A stretch of DNA of 64,000 nt, from positions 12,221 through 76,220 of IMG/VR virus record IMGVR_UViG_3300044796_000056; one strand, written 5' to 3'. The stretch's first letter is position 1. Each line of letters begins with the position of its first letter. The notes under the pieces are model-generated. The model ran no database searches. It worked only from the letters and a program-made list of their open reading frames with translations, and had not been told where the DNA came from. This document shows, piece after piece, positions 1 through 6,793 of this stretch. The position numbers and the translations under genes were made by a program. This stretch comes from a virus.

Positions 1-66
1 AGGTTGGATCGCACCCAGCAGGACTTGAAGCAAGGAGTTAGTAGCTCTCCACGCCACCAGTATTAT

Positions 67-140
67 TCACTGATCGTCCAGCGGCAGGACATCTGGCTCT
101 GACCCAGAGAACCTAGGTTCGAATCCTAGTCGGTGATCCA
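67..140 (+). tRNA. tRNA-Gln(CTG)
   Basis: Cloverleaf: acceptor TCACTGA/TCGGTGA, arm TCTGG-CT CTG AC-CCAGA, TTCGAAT loop, CCA. Confidence 0.93.
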
Positions 141-154
141 GACTATATAATCTC

Positions 155-457
155 ATGCGCAAAGTAAGATTTCCTACTGATATTGAACGTGCAGCCTACA
201 GACGCAAAGTCGTCGCCCGTTTCAAACGGTTGAAAGGCTGTACTGACTGTGGCTACAAAGCCAATTCAGCAGCGTTAGAATTTGATCATGTCGACGAAAC
301 TACCAAGACCAAAACGGTAGGATCGTTGATGTACAACGGATGGAAAGACATCAAGAATGAAATAGCAAAATGCGTCGTACGATGTGCGAATTGCCACGCT
401 ATCAGAACACTTGAAAGAAACTACCGTAAGAAAGATTATGCCCGAGTGGTGGAATAG
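155..457 (+). CDS. HNH endonuclease
   Basis: CxxC...FDH...CxxCH motifs; 3' end overlaps tRNA-Leu. Confidence 0.85.
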   Translation: MRKVRFPTDIERAAYRRKVVARFKRLKGCTDCGYKANSAALEFDHVDETTKTKTVGSLMYNGWKDIKNEIAKCVVRCANCHAIRTLERNYRKKDYARVVE

Positions 458-522
458 GCAGACACACCGCGCTTAGAACGCGACGCGAAAGCATGCAGGT
501 TCGATTCCTGTCTCGGGTACCA
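440..522 (+). tRNA. tRNA-Leu(TAG)
   Basis: GCCCGAG/CTCGGGT, loop CT TAG AA, variable arm, ACCA. Confidence 0.92.
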
Positions 523-528
523 AGTTTT

Positions 529-590
529 GCTAGCAGAACGTCCTCTCACACCAGGCAATTAGAGCCGAAATGTCAAGACGCTGCGGCTAC
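529..590 (+). ncRNA. Pseudoknotted small RNA, copy 1
   Basis: Core CTCTCaCACCAGGCAATTAGAGCCgAAATGtCAAG shared with 1447-1504; flanking stems covary. Confidence 0.6.
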
Positions 591-594
591 CGTT

Positions 595-671
595 TGCGGG
601 TTGGAGAAGTGGCTATCTCGCTTGCCTCATAAGCAAGAGATCCTGGGTTCGAGTCCCAGACTCCGCTACCA
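595..671 (+). tRNA. tRNA-Met(CAT), initiator-like
   Basis: CTTGC-CT CAT AA-GCAAG; unpaired 1:72; ACCA. Confidence 0.85.
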
Positions 672-778
672 AATTTGTGGACTATTCATCGGGCGAGAGC
701 ATCCGCTGTAACAGGCGCGTGATGCCAGTGCAGGTGCTCAATCCATCGTTCTGCCTGACGATACAGGCTTCTTATTCT

Positions 779-853
779 GCCTTCAAAGCGTAAAAGGTGA
801 CGCGGTGGTTTTGTAATCCACAGAACACGGTTCGATTCCGTGTGAAGGCTCCA
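779..853 (+). tRNA. tRNA-Thr(TGT)
   Basis: GCCTTCA/TGAAGGC, loop TT TGT AA, CCA. Confidence 0.9.
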
Positions 854-863
854 AGTTTAGTTG

Positions 864-930
864 CCAGTTCTACCGGTCTCCGAGCCGGTCACCCGACACT
901 AGTGTGGCAGGGTGCACAAATACTGGACCA
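864..930 (+). ncRNA. Structured RNA ending in ACCA, not a cloverleaf
   Basis: CCAGT/ACTGG closing stem, hairpins ACCGG/CCGGT and CACCC/GGGTG. Confidence 0.5.
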
Positions 931-943
931 ATTCAAAGTTTAT

Positions 944-1029
944 GCGTCGTTGTGTGAGTGGTTAAAACAATCTGTCTGTAAAACAGATCTCTTCGGGGTA
1001 CGGTGGTTCGAATCCATCACGGCGCACCA
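944..1029 (+). tRNA. tRNA-Tyr(GTA)
   Basis: TCTGT-CT GTA AA-ACAGA, variable arm, ACCA. Confidence 0.93.
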
Positions 1030-1039
1030 ATTTCAATAT

Positions 1040-1118
1040 GGCACCTTAGCATAGCCTGGCTTAATGCGCTACCCTGTCACGGTAGAGATCACGGGTTCGA
1101 ATCCCGTAGGTGTCGCCA
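1040..1118 (+). tRNA. tRNA-Asp(GTC)
   Basis: CTACC-CT GTC AC-GGTAG, GCCA. Confidence 0.94.
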
Positions 1119-1123
1119 ATTAT

Positions 1124-1198
1124 GCCTCGTTAGCTCAGCGATAGAGCGCCTCGTTTACACCGAGGATGTCGGCGGTTTGATCCCGTCACGAGGTACCA
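1124..1198 (+). tRNA. tRNA-Val(TAC)
   Basis: CCTCG-TT TAC AC-CGAGG, ACCA. Confidence 0.93.
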
Positions 1199-1204
1199 GT
1201 TTAT

Positions 1205-1279
1205 GCCTCACTCGTCCAAAGGCAAGGACGGCTGCCTGATTAGCGGCAAATCGCGGTTCGAGTCCGTGGTGAGGTACCA
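1205..1279 (+). tRNA. tRNA-Ile(GAT)
   Basis: GCTGC-CT GAT TA-GCGGC (T at 37), ACCA. Confidence 0.88.
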
Positions 1280-1285
1280 ATCAAT

Positions 1286-1359
1286 GTCCGTCAAGTGTTA
1301 CGGTAGCACAGCTGTCTCCAAAACAGCGGGCCGGGGTTCGACTCCCTGGATGGACGCCA
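1286..1359 (+). tRNA. tRNA-Trp(CCA)
   Basis: GCTGT-CT CCA AA-ACAGC, GCCA. Confidence 0.92.
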
Positions 1360-1363
1360 AATT

Positions 1364-1438
1364 GCCCTTATAGCATAACGGATAGTGTACAGTCCTGCGA
1401 AGACTGTGATCCAGGTTCGATTCCTGGTATGGGCGCCA
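1364..1438 (+). tRNA. tRNA-Arg(GCG)
   Basis: CAGTC-CT GCG AA-GACTG, GCCA. Confidence 0.9.
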
Positions 1439-1446
1439 ATTTGTAA

Positions 1447-1504
1447 AGCCGGAACAGGCCTCTCGCACCAGGCAATTAGAGCCAAAATGCCAAGCCTCCC
1501 GGCT
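1447..1504 (+). ncRNA. Pseudoknotted small RNA, copy 2
   Basis: AGCCGG/CCGGCT, AGGC/GCCT, CTCT/AGAG; loop GGCA pairs downstream TGCC. Confidence 0.6.
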
Positions 1505-1513
1505 AATTTATTT

Positions 1514-1587
1514 CAGGGTAAGGTGTTACGGTAGCATCCGAGTTTTGGAAACTTGTGGCCGGAGTTCAACTCTCCGTACCCTGACCA
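1514..1587 (+). tRNA. tRNA-Pro(TGG)
   Basis: CAGGGTA/TACCCTG, loop TT TGG AA, ACCA. Confidence 0.88.
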
Positions 1588-1593
1588 ATTTAT

Positions 1594-1667
1594 GCGGGAT
1601 AAGTGTTTGGGTTACACGATAGTCTTCCAAACTATCATAGCGGGTTCGAGTCCCGCACTCCGCTCCA
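1594..1667 (+). tRNA. tRNA-Gly(TCC)
   Basis: ATAGT-CT TCC AA-ACTAT, TCCA. Confidence 0.9.
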
Positions 1668-1674
1668 AGTTTAT

Positions 1675-1748
1675 GCTTCTTTCACACAACTGAATCAGTG
1701 TGTAAACCATGTGAGCGCGCAAGCGGGTCGTTGGTAGAGGAGCTCCCA
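1675..1748 (+). ncRNA. tRNA-sized structured RNA with acceptor-like stem
   Basis: TTAT leader as before the tRNAs, GCTTCTT/GAGGAGC stem, 3' TCCCA, no T-loop. Confidence 0.45.
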
Positions 1749-1762
1749 ACCTCCTTTATTAT

Positions 1763-1837
1763 TCACTGATCGTCTAATTGGCAGGACGCGAGGCTTTGAC
1801 CCTCTGAATCTAGGTTCGAGTCCTAGTCGGTGATCCA
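1763..1837 (+). tRNA. tRNA-Gln(TTG)
   Basis: Paralog of 67-140; loop CT TTG AC. Confidence 0.92.
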
Positions 1838-1843
1838 GTTTTT

Positions 1844-1919
1844 GCTCCTATAGAATAGAGGCCCAGTTCGCGACCCTCTCAAGGTTGACACACCGGTTCG
1901 AATCCGGTTAGGAGCGCCA
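1844..1919 (+). tRNA. tRNA-Glu(CTC)
   Basis: CGACC-CT CTC AA-GGTTG, GCCA. Confidence 0.9.
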
Positions 1920-1926
1920 AATTATT

Positions 1927-2003
1927 CGGAGTGTAGCTCAGCCTGGTAGAGCGCGTGCCTTGGGCGCATGAGGTCGCAGGTTCGATTCCTGTCTCTCCGA
2001 CCA
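1927..2003 (+). tRNA. tRNA-Pro(TGG)
   Basis: Canonical CGGAGTG start, loop CT TGG GC, ACCA. Confidence 0.94.
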
Positions 2004-2006
2004 TCT

Positions 2007-2112
2007 TTAAGTTGACGAGAGTTGGCCGTGTCATGAGCGGCATCGCCTCAAGCTGGTACTGTCATGGGTATCACGGCGGACTACCGAATATTCCCGGAAC
2101 CGTTCAACTTAA
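2007..2112 (+). ncRNA. Rod-like structured RNA
   Basis: 9-bp terminal stem TTAAGTTGA/TCAACTTAA, inner GCCGTG/CACGGC. Confidence 0.5.
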
Positions 2113-2126
2113 TCTTTTCAGTTTAT

Positions 2127-2203
2127 GCACTTATCGTCTAGTGGCTCAGGATACTCGCCTTTCAAGCGGGATGACTGGGGTTCGAATCCCCATAGGTGCG
2201 CCA
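2127..2203 (+). tRNA. tRNA-Glu(TTC)
   Basis: CTCGC-CT TTC AA-GCGGG, GCCA. Confidence 0.92.
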
Positions 2204-2208
2204 ATTAT

Positions 2209-2283
2209 GCCTCTGAAGCTCAATGGAAGAGCAGCACGCTTCGAACGTGTTGGGTGCAGGTTCGAGTCCTGTCAGGGGTGCCA
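2209..2283 (+). tRNA. tRNA-Arg(TCG)
   Basis: GCACG-CT TCG AA-CGTGT, GCCA. Confidence 0.92.
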
Positions 2284-2360
2284 AATATGGACAAGGGTCC
2301 CGGTGAGTGTTCCACTTCACTGTACAACTAGAAGCCTGATGTATTTCAGGCAAGAATTAT

Positions 2361-2437
2361 GTCCTCTTAGCTCAACTGGATAGAGCGCCGAGCTTCTACC
2401 TCGGATGTTACGGGTTCGAGTCCTGTAGAGGATGCCA
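2361..2437 (+). tRNA. tRNA-Arg(TCT)
   Basis: CCGAG-CT TCT AC-CTCGG, GCCA. Confidence 0.93.
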
Positions 2438-2442
2438 TTTAT

Positions 2443-2549
2443 GACCGGTCTTGAGATGTAGGACACTACGATTTGATAGACGGATAAGTTCAATCTTGCC
2501 GCATACATATCAGCAAGTGGATTCGCGACTCGCGCGAACACGGTCACCA
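2443..2549 (+). ncRNA. ACCA-ended tRNA-like RNA with internal T-arm-like hairpin
   Basis: GACCG/CGGTC+ACCA; internal AAG-TTCAAT-CTT; TTCGCG/CGCGAA hairpin. Confidence 0.5.
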
Positions 2550-2556
2550 AGTTTAT

Positions 2557-2632
2557 TCTCCTGTACGCCAATGCCAGAGCGGCTGCCCAATACGGCAGTG
2601 GAAGTGAAGGTACAGTCCTTCCGGGAGAGCCA
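2557..2632 (+). tRNA. Degenerate tRNA, anticodon undetermined
   Basis: TCTCCTG/CGGGAGA+GCCA, CTGCC/GGCAG arm with 6-nt loop, aberrant T-loop TACAGT. Confidence 0.55.
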
Positions 2633-2637
2633 ATTAC

Positions 2638-2713
2638 GTCCTTGTAGCTCAGCGGATAGAGCGGCGATCTCCTACATCGCAGGTCGTGGGCTCGACTCCC
2701 ACCAAGGACTCCA
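2638..2713 (+). tRNA. tRNA-Arg(CCT)
   Basis: GCGAT-CT CCT AC-ATCGC, TCCA. Confidence 0.9.
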
Positions 2714-2872
2714 AGTTGCTCCACATTCCGGCCGGAGTGTACCCAATCCGCTAACGCAGAACGGGGCAATGCCAGGGAGCATTCAGTTTAGTCAGTACCG
2801 GTCACACGTCACCTGAAGACATAGGGCAGACCGGCTAAGAGATAGCATGCCAGACTACTGACATTTGATTAT

Positions 2873-2948
2873 GGAGTTTGTCAGCCAGCGGTTAGGCTCC
2901 CTCTCTGTGAAAGAGGTAACTCGGGTTCGAATCCCGACATTCTCCCCA
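2873..2948 (+). tRNA. tRNA-His(GTG)
   Basis: CCTCT-CT GTG AA-AGAGG; G-1 and C73. Confidence 0.9.
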
Positions 2949-2998
2949 ATAATTTTACCTTTCAATATATAAAAGTATCATCACTCTTTGAGGGTACT

Positions 2999-3709
2999 TT
3001 GATGCGCAACCCGCTACTAGCTGCTTTGATGGCTCTGTTGTTTGGTTGTACGCAAAGTAATTACGAACAGTCACTGACAGCAATTCGACTAGACATGGAT
3101 GACGGTAGCATTTGCTCCGGCACCATAGTGGGTCCTCACGTCCTATTGACAGCGGCGCACTGCCTTGAGCGAGAACCTATCATCAATCTGGATAAGATCC
3201 AAGATGATCAACAGGGTCCTCCTGCTCCACCAAAGAAACCCGAACCAAAGAAGCCTAAGAAACCATTCAACTTCTTGGACTTGATCACGATTCCTCCTCC
3301 ATTCACGTCAGTGGCCATCAATGGCCGTGAAACAAAGATTCTGTCTATTGTGCCTGATCACAACGACCATGTCTTAGTCGAGGTAGACTACACGTTCAAT
3401 CACTATGCCTCCTTGGCGGTCAACCGACCAGCTGTGGGTGGCAAAGTTCATTACTGGGGCAACCCTGCCGGTAAGCTCATGGTCTACCGGGAAGGCTACG
3501 TCAGCTTCTACGATAAGACGATGATGGAAATGGATGTCAACGGTTTCTTCGGTGACAGTGGTTCCGGTATCTTCAATGAAGCCGGTCAGATTGTAGGAGT
3601 CATGAACGTCATAGACTTCGATCATCACCACGGTTTACAATTTTCATTGATGGGTTCTGAGCAGCTAGAATTTACTCCACAACAGTTGGATATGCTCGGG
3701 ATTCAATAA
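2999..3709 (+). CDS. Trypsin-like serine protease, predicted lipoprotein
   Basis: TAAHC and GDSGSG catalytic motifs; LLFGC lipobox. Confidence 0.88.
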   Translation: MMRNPLLAALMALLFGCTQSNYEQSLTAIRLDMDDGSICSGTIVGPHVLLTAAHCLEREPIINLDKIQDDQQGPPAPPKKPEPKKPKKPFNFLDLITIPPPFTSVAINGRETKILSIVPDHNDHVLVEVDYTFNHYASLAVNRPAVGGKVHYWGNPAGKLMVYREGYVSFYDKTMMEMDVNGFFGDSGSGIFNEAGQIVGVMNVIDFDHHHGLQFSLMGSEQLEFTPQQLDMLGIQ

Positions 3710-3716
3710 AGTATAT

Positions 3717-3808
3717 GGATGGTTGGCAGAGTCCGGCTTATTGCACTAGTCTTGAAAACTAGCAGACCAGAAATGGTCACGTGGGTTCAAATCCTACACC
3801 ATCCGCCA
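3717..3808 (+). tRNA. tRNA-Ser(TGA)
   Basis: CTAGT-CT TGA AA-ACTAG, long variable arm, GCCA. Confidence 0.94.
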
Positions 3809-3958
3809 GAGCAAGGGAGACATGTTGGTTCGACTCCAACCGTGAACAGTACGGCTGCACGCAGGATATCTGGAACATCCGCTCCCGCTTGATCTAGACG
3901 CTCTCACTGCTTAGCGATACAGAGCAGTTGACCGGGAAGAAAGGTTCCCACGAATTAT

Positions 3959-4048
3959 GGGTGATTGGCCGAGCGGTTTAAGGCACCTGCCTAGAAAGCA
4001 GAAGAGGGCTAACGTCCTCCGTGGGTTCGAATCCTACATCACCCGCCA
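3959..4048 (+). tRNA. tRNA-Ser(AGA)
   Basis: CTGC-CT AGA AA-GCAG, long variable arm, G73 CCA. Confidence 0.88.
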
Positions 4049-4062
4049 GATTAAATGATTTT

Positions 4063-4139
4063 GCCCCACTGACGGAATTGGCATACGTACCACACTCAAA
4101 ACGTGGGTTTTCAGGGTTCGACTCCCTGGTAGGGCACCA
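4063..4139 (+). tRNA. tRNA-Leu(CAA), short variable arm
   Basis: Leu-type D arm, loop CT CAA AA, ACCA. Confidence 0.85.
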
Positions 4140-4298
4140 GATGTCTTGATGTTGATGTTTACAAGGTGACTTATGCGATAGCAATACGACCCTTAATGAA
4201 ATTTTACTTATAGAAAGTTTATAGATTGATTTTACATGTAATGGCGCAGAAAGTTGCCGGTCTCATAAACTGGCGATCAATGGGCCATGAAGTGTAAC

Positions 4299-4371
4299 GA
4301 CTTGCCAATTGTTAAGGCAGCATGCCCGGCTTTAAACCGGGAAGAGTTGGTTCGATTCCAACGACAAGTCA
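4299..4371 (+). tRNA. tRNA-like element with TTA (ochre) anticodon, no encoded CCA
   Basis: GACTTG/CAAGTC, CCCGG-CT TTA AA-CCGGG, GTTGG-TTCGATT-CCAAC; irregular D region. Confidence 0.55.
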
Positions 4372-4524
4372 TAGAAGATTGTATGCATTCCTAATGTCCG
4401 AGTCTGGTTACAGGTATACAATCTACAGGTCTTAAGGATACGAGCAGGCAACGTTGTTCTCCTGCTACGTTTAGGAACACGTCCTTACGGTGTGCTGGCC
4501 ACATAAAAGGTTCCTACTTATTAC

Positions 4525-4599
4525 GGGTTCTTAGCTGAGACGGATTAGCGCTGGTCTGAAAAGCCGGAGAGGAAGGATCGTTACCTTCAGTGCCCACCA
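4525..4599 (+). tRNA. tRNA-Phe(GAA)
   Basis: CTGGT-CT GAA AA-GCCGG; atypical T-loop; ACCA. Confidence 0.85.
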
Positions 4600-4683
4600 A
4601 TTTCGATTTTGGGTTCGACACCCAACGTTCAAGGACACCCGCAAGGGTGACTTACACTTGCGGCAGGAGCAATCATTTATTAC

Positions 4684-4761
4684 GGTGATGTGGCGGAGAT
4701 GGCTCATCGCGCTTTCCTCATAAGAAAGAGAACACTGGTTCGAGTCCAGTTATCACCACCA
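4684..4761 (+). tRNA. tRNA(CAT), Met or Ile2
   Basis: CTTTC-CT CAT AA-GAAAG, ACCA. Confidence 0.88.
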
Positions 4762-4767
4762 AGTTTA

Positions 4768-4905
4768 GGTCTGCGTTAGACCGTAAGGTCTCTATCTGGT
4801 TGACATGGGACGCAGTAATCGCTAACACCAAAGGAACCGCTAAGAACCGCAATCGGTTCTTGATGAGCAATCATCAGTCGGTAACGAACCCCATTAGCGT
4901 CCAAT
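4768..4905 (+). ncRNA. Multi-hairpin structured RNA
   Basis: CTGCGT/ACGCAG, AGACC-GTAA-GGTCT, AAGAACC/GGTTCTT, TGATGA-GCAA-TCATCA, CGCTAA/TTAGCG. Confidence 0.55.
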
Positions 4906-4913
4906 CTTTATAT

Positions 4914-5008
4914 GCTCCATAGCTCAGGTGAGCGGGTGCGTTTTATAAGCGCGCGAGAGTGGCCGGACTGGCTGCAACGGGCAGGTTCGAGTCCTGTATG
5001 GAGTACCA
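4914..5008 (+). tRNA. Noncanonical tRNA(TAT) with long variable arm
   Basis: GCTCCAT(A)/(T)ATGGAGT, 4-nt D loop, 6-bp anticodon stem with loop TT TAT AA, long extra arm, ACCA. Confidence 0.75.
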
Positions 5009-5012
5009 TCAT

Positions 5013-5090
5013 GCCTCTGTGGCGAAACTGGCAAACGCGGCGAACTTAAAATCCGCTCCATTGTGGGTTCGACTCCCTCCTGAGGCACCA
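5013..5090 (+). tRNA. tRNA-Leu(TAA), short variable arm
   Basis: Leu-type D arm, loop CT TAA AA, ACCA. Confidence 0.85.
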
Positions 5091-5092
5091 TT

Positions 5093-5312
5093 TGATTGAT
5101 CTCCCGGGATGTGCCGGGTGAAGATTCGGGTCGGCGAAAGCCGAGAGCGAGAGTGAGTGTAAGCCTGTAAGATCGGGTCAGCTGAGTACAGCACATGCTT
5201 CTAAAGAGTCGATGACAACTACCAGCGAAGACAGGGTCTTTGATACGCTGGGATACAAATCCTGAACTGTTGTCTAAAGCACCACGAGCGGTAGTCCAAT
5301 CCGCATCAATCA
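5093..5312 (+). ncRNA. 220-nt multibranched RNA
   Basis: Terminal TGATTGAT/ATCAATCA, TCGGC-GAAA-GCCGA, GACAAC/GTTGTC, CCAGCG/CGCTGG. Confidence 0.6.
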
Positions 5313-5320
5313 TCTTCTTC

Positions 5321-5394
5321 GACTGTATAGCTCAATGGTAGAGCAACGCCACGACACGGCGAAGACCAAGGCTCGATTCCTTGTACGGTCACCA
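5321..5394 (+). tRNA. tRNA-Val(GAC)
   Basis: CGCC-AC GAC AC-GGCG (C33), ACCA. Confidence 0.85.
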
Positions 5395-5396
5395 TA

Positions 5397-5924
5397 TCAA
5401 TTCAAAGGCAATCCTCTTGACTTACGACCGTTGCCCCTATTCCTACCATGAGCAGTAGGAGTCATCGCGTGGCAATTAGGACACAACAATCTAAGGTTTG
5501 ATGGGAGATTATTCCCAGCATTCCCATCGATATGATCCAGTTCAAGTGGAATGGGTGATACTTTCCAATCTGTTAGAAGACAGTCTTCACATTTATGTCC
5601 TCTCAAATCTATGAGATATCTTTTCAGATAATATCTATCGGTGTAGCTGCCAGAAAGTATTTTTTGCTCTCGATTATCACGTATCTTTTCAAGGGTGAGT
5701 TTGTCTGATTTAGGCTTGCCTGTTCCTAATCTGTTATTGGTCAATTTGATAGCACAAGAATGAGAACAGAAAGTGTATTTCCTACGGTCATAATCTATCA
5801 CCTTCCCACACCACTTACATAGTGTGGGATTTTCTAGATAGTGTTTTATATTCGCTGCTCGTTTTGCGTTGGATGTTGCTATGGAGGCAGCGCCTCCCAA
5901 TTTTCCCGCTTCTGATTTGTTCAT
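5397..5924 (-). CDS. HNH endonuclease, antisense insertion in the tRNA array
   Basis: CEDC...LELDHIDG...NLRLLCPNCH; AT-richer than flanks. Confidence 0.9.
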   Translation of the reverse strand: MNKSEAGKLGGAASIATSNAKRAANIKHYLENPTLCKWCGKVIDYDRRKYTFCSHSCAIKLTNNRLGTGKPKSDKLTLEKIRDNREQKILSGSYTDRYYLKRYLIDLRGHKCEDCLLTDWKVSPIPLELDHIDGNAGNNLPSNLRLLCPNCHAMTPTAHGRNRGNGRKSRGLPLN

Positions 5925-5926
5925 AT

Positions 5927-6000
5927 GCCCTTGTAGTCTAATGGTAAGACAGTTTCTTGGTAAGAAACAGTATTTAGTTCGATTCTAAACTAGGGCACCA
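5927..6000 (+). tRNA. tRNA-Thr(GGT)
   Basis: GTTTC-TT GGT AA-GAAAC, ACCA. Confidence 0.9.
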
Positions 6001-6012
6001 TTATTCGTTCCT

Positions 6013-6040
6013 CACAGTTCGATTCTGTGTTGGGGCTCCA
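6013..6040 (+). pseudogene. Orphan tRNA 3' half (T-arm, acceptor strand, TCCA)
   Basis: CACAG-TTCGATT-CTGTG-TTGGGGC-TCCA with no 5' half of its own. Confidence 0.65.
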
Positions 6041-6163
6041 GTTTCGATGATTTGTCAAGTCCCATATTTCGTAGGAGTGTCTTCTAACGAGGATTCTCGA
6101 GACCAAACAAGCCATCGATCTCAATTGTTTACTCTTACAGTTAGATAGAGTATGATAGTATAC

Positions 6164-6319
6164 ATGAAGACGGTCGCTATGGTGATTGTGTTCGCAGCCT
6201 TAACGGGCTGCGCCAATGCCCGTATCTATGCGTTTTGTGATAAACGTATCGACAAGGACCAGAAGACACATTATCATTGCGACAAACAACATATGATTGG
6301 TTTTGGCTATAAATTCTGA
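6164..6319 (+). CDS. Small predicted lipoprotein (51 aa)
   Basis: MKTVAMVIVFAALTGC lipobox; promoter directly upstream. Confidence 0.65.
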   Translation: MKTVAMVIVFAALTGCANARIYAFCDKRIDKDQKTHYHCDKQHMIGFGYKF

Positions 6320-6327
6320 GGTGTGAC

Positions 6328-6657
6328 TTGAGCAACATTGTACTATTGAAATTGATCAGCGACGTTGATTTGGTCGCACAACGAGTTTCCGAGCCGAACG
6401 TAGCACCGCTGAAGGTTCAGCATTGCGTTCAGCTATTGATGCAGCAGGATCCTCAATCCGGTAAGATTGGTTTCGTACCAATGCCGTGGGGAGTGCTGGC
6501 AGGTTCTGATTTTATCTTCACGTTCGATGATACGAAGCTGGTCTATGGACTAGAGGCTCCGGCCGAACTTGAAGCACTGTATCGTAAAATTCATGGTATG
6601 GTGGAATTGCCTTCCAAGGGACTGTTGATCCCAGGACAAGGTCCAAGCAAGAGATAA
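6328..6657 (+). CDS. Hypothetical protein
   Basis: GAGG SD upstream of TTG start. Confidence 0.7.
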   Translation: MSNIVLLKLISDVDLVAQRVSEPNVAPLKVQHCVQLLMQQDPQSGKIGFVPMPWGVLAGSDFIFTFDDTKLVYGLEAPAELEALYRKIHGMVELPSKGLLIPGQGPSKR

Positions 6658-6663
6658 GTTTAT

Positions 6664-6741
6664 GTTGTGGTGGCTGAGCGGCCCAAAGCATCTGTCTGCA
6701 AAACAGTAACACCATCGGTTCAAATCCGATCCACAACTCCA
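6664..6741 (+). tRNA. tRNA-Cys(GCA)
   Basis: Loop CT GCA AA, U73 CCA. Confidence 0.92.
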
Positions 6742-6793
6742 AATTCGCGCTGCGTGCTAAATAATATCATGATGTTACATTGATAGGTGATTT

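Noticed and set aside
529-590. HDV-like theta ribozyme after tRNA
   Set aside because: Stems are nested rather than in HDV P1/P2 order, and the tRNAs already encode CCA.
493-2816. ORF-track ORFs across the tRNA array (also 3978-5313 and 7361-7784)
   Set aside because: They overlap clear tRNAs or structured RNAs and show no protein motifs.
5093-5312. Second RNase P RNA (GAAGATTCGGG...ACAAATCCTGAACT)
   Set aside because: Only a loose P4-like pair; P1/P2/P5 topology does not fit.
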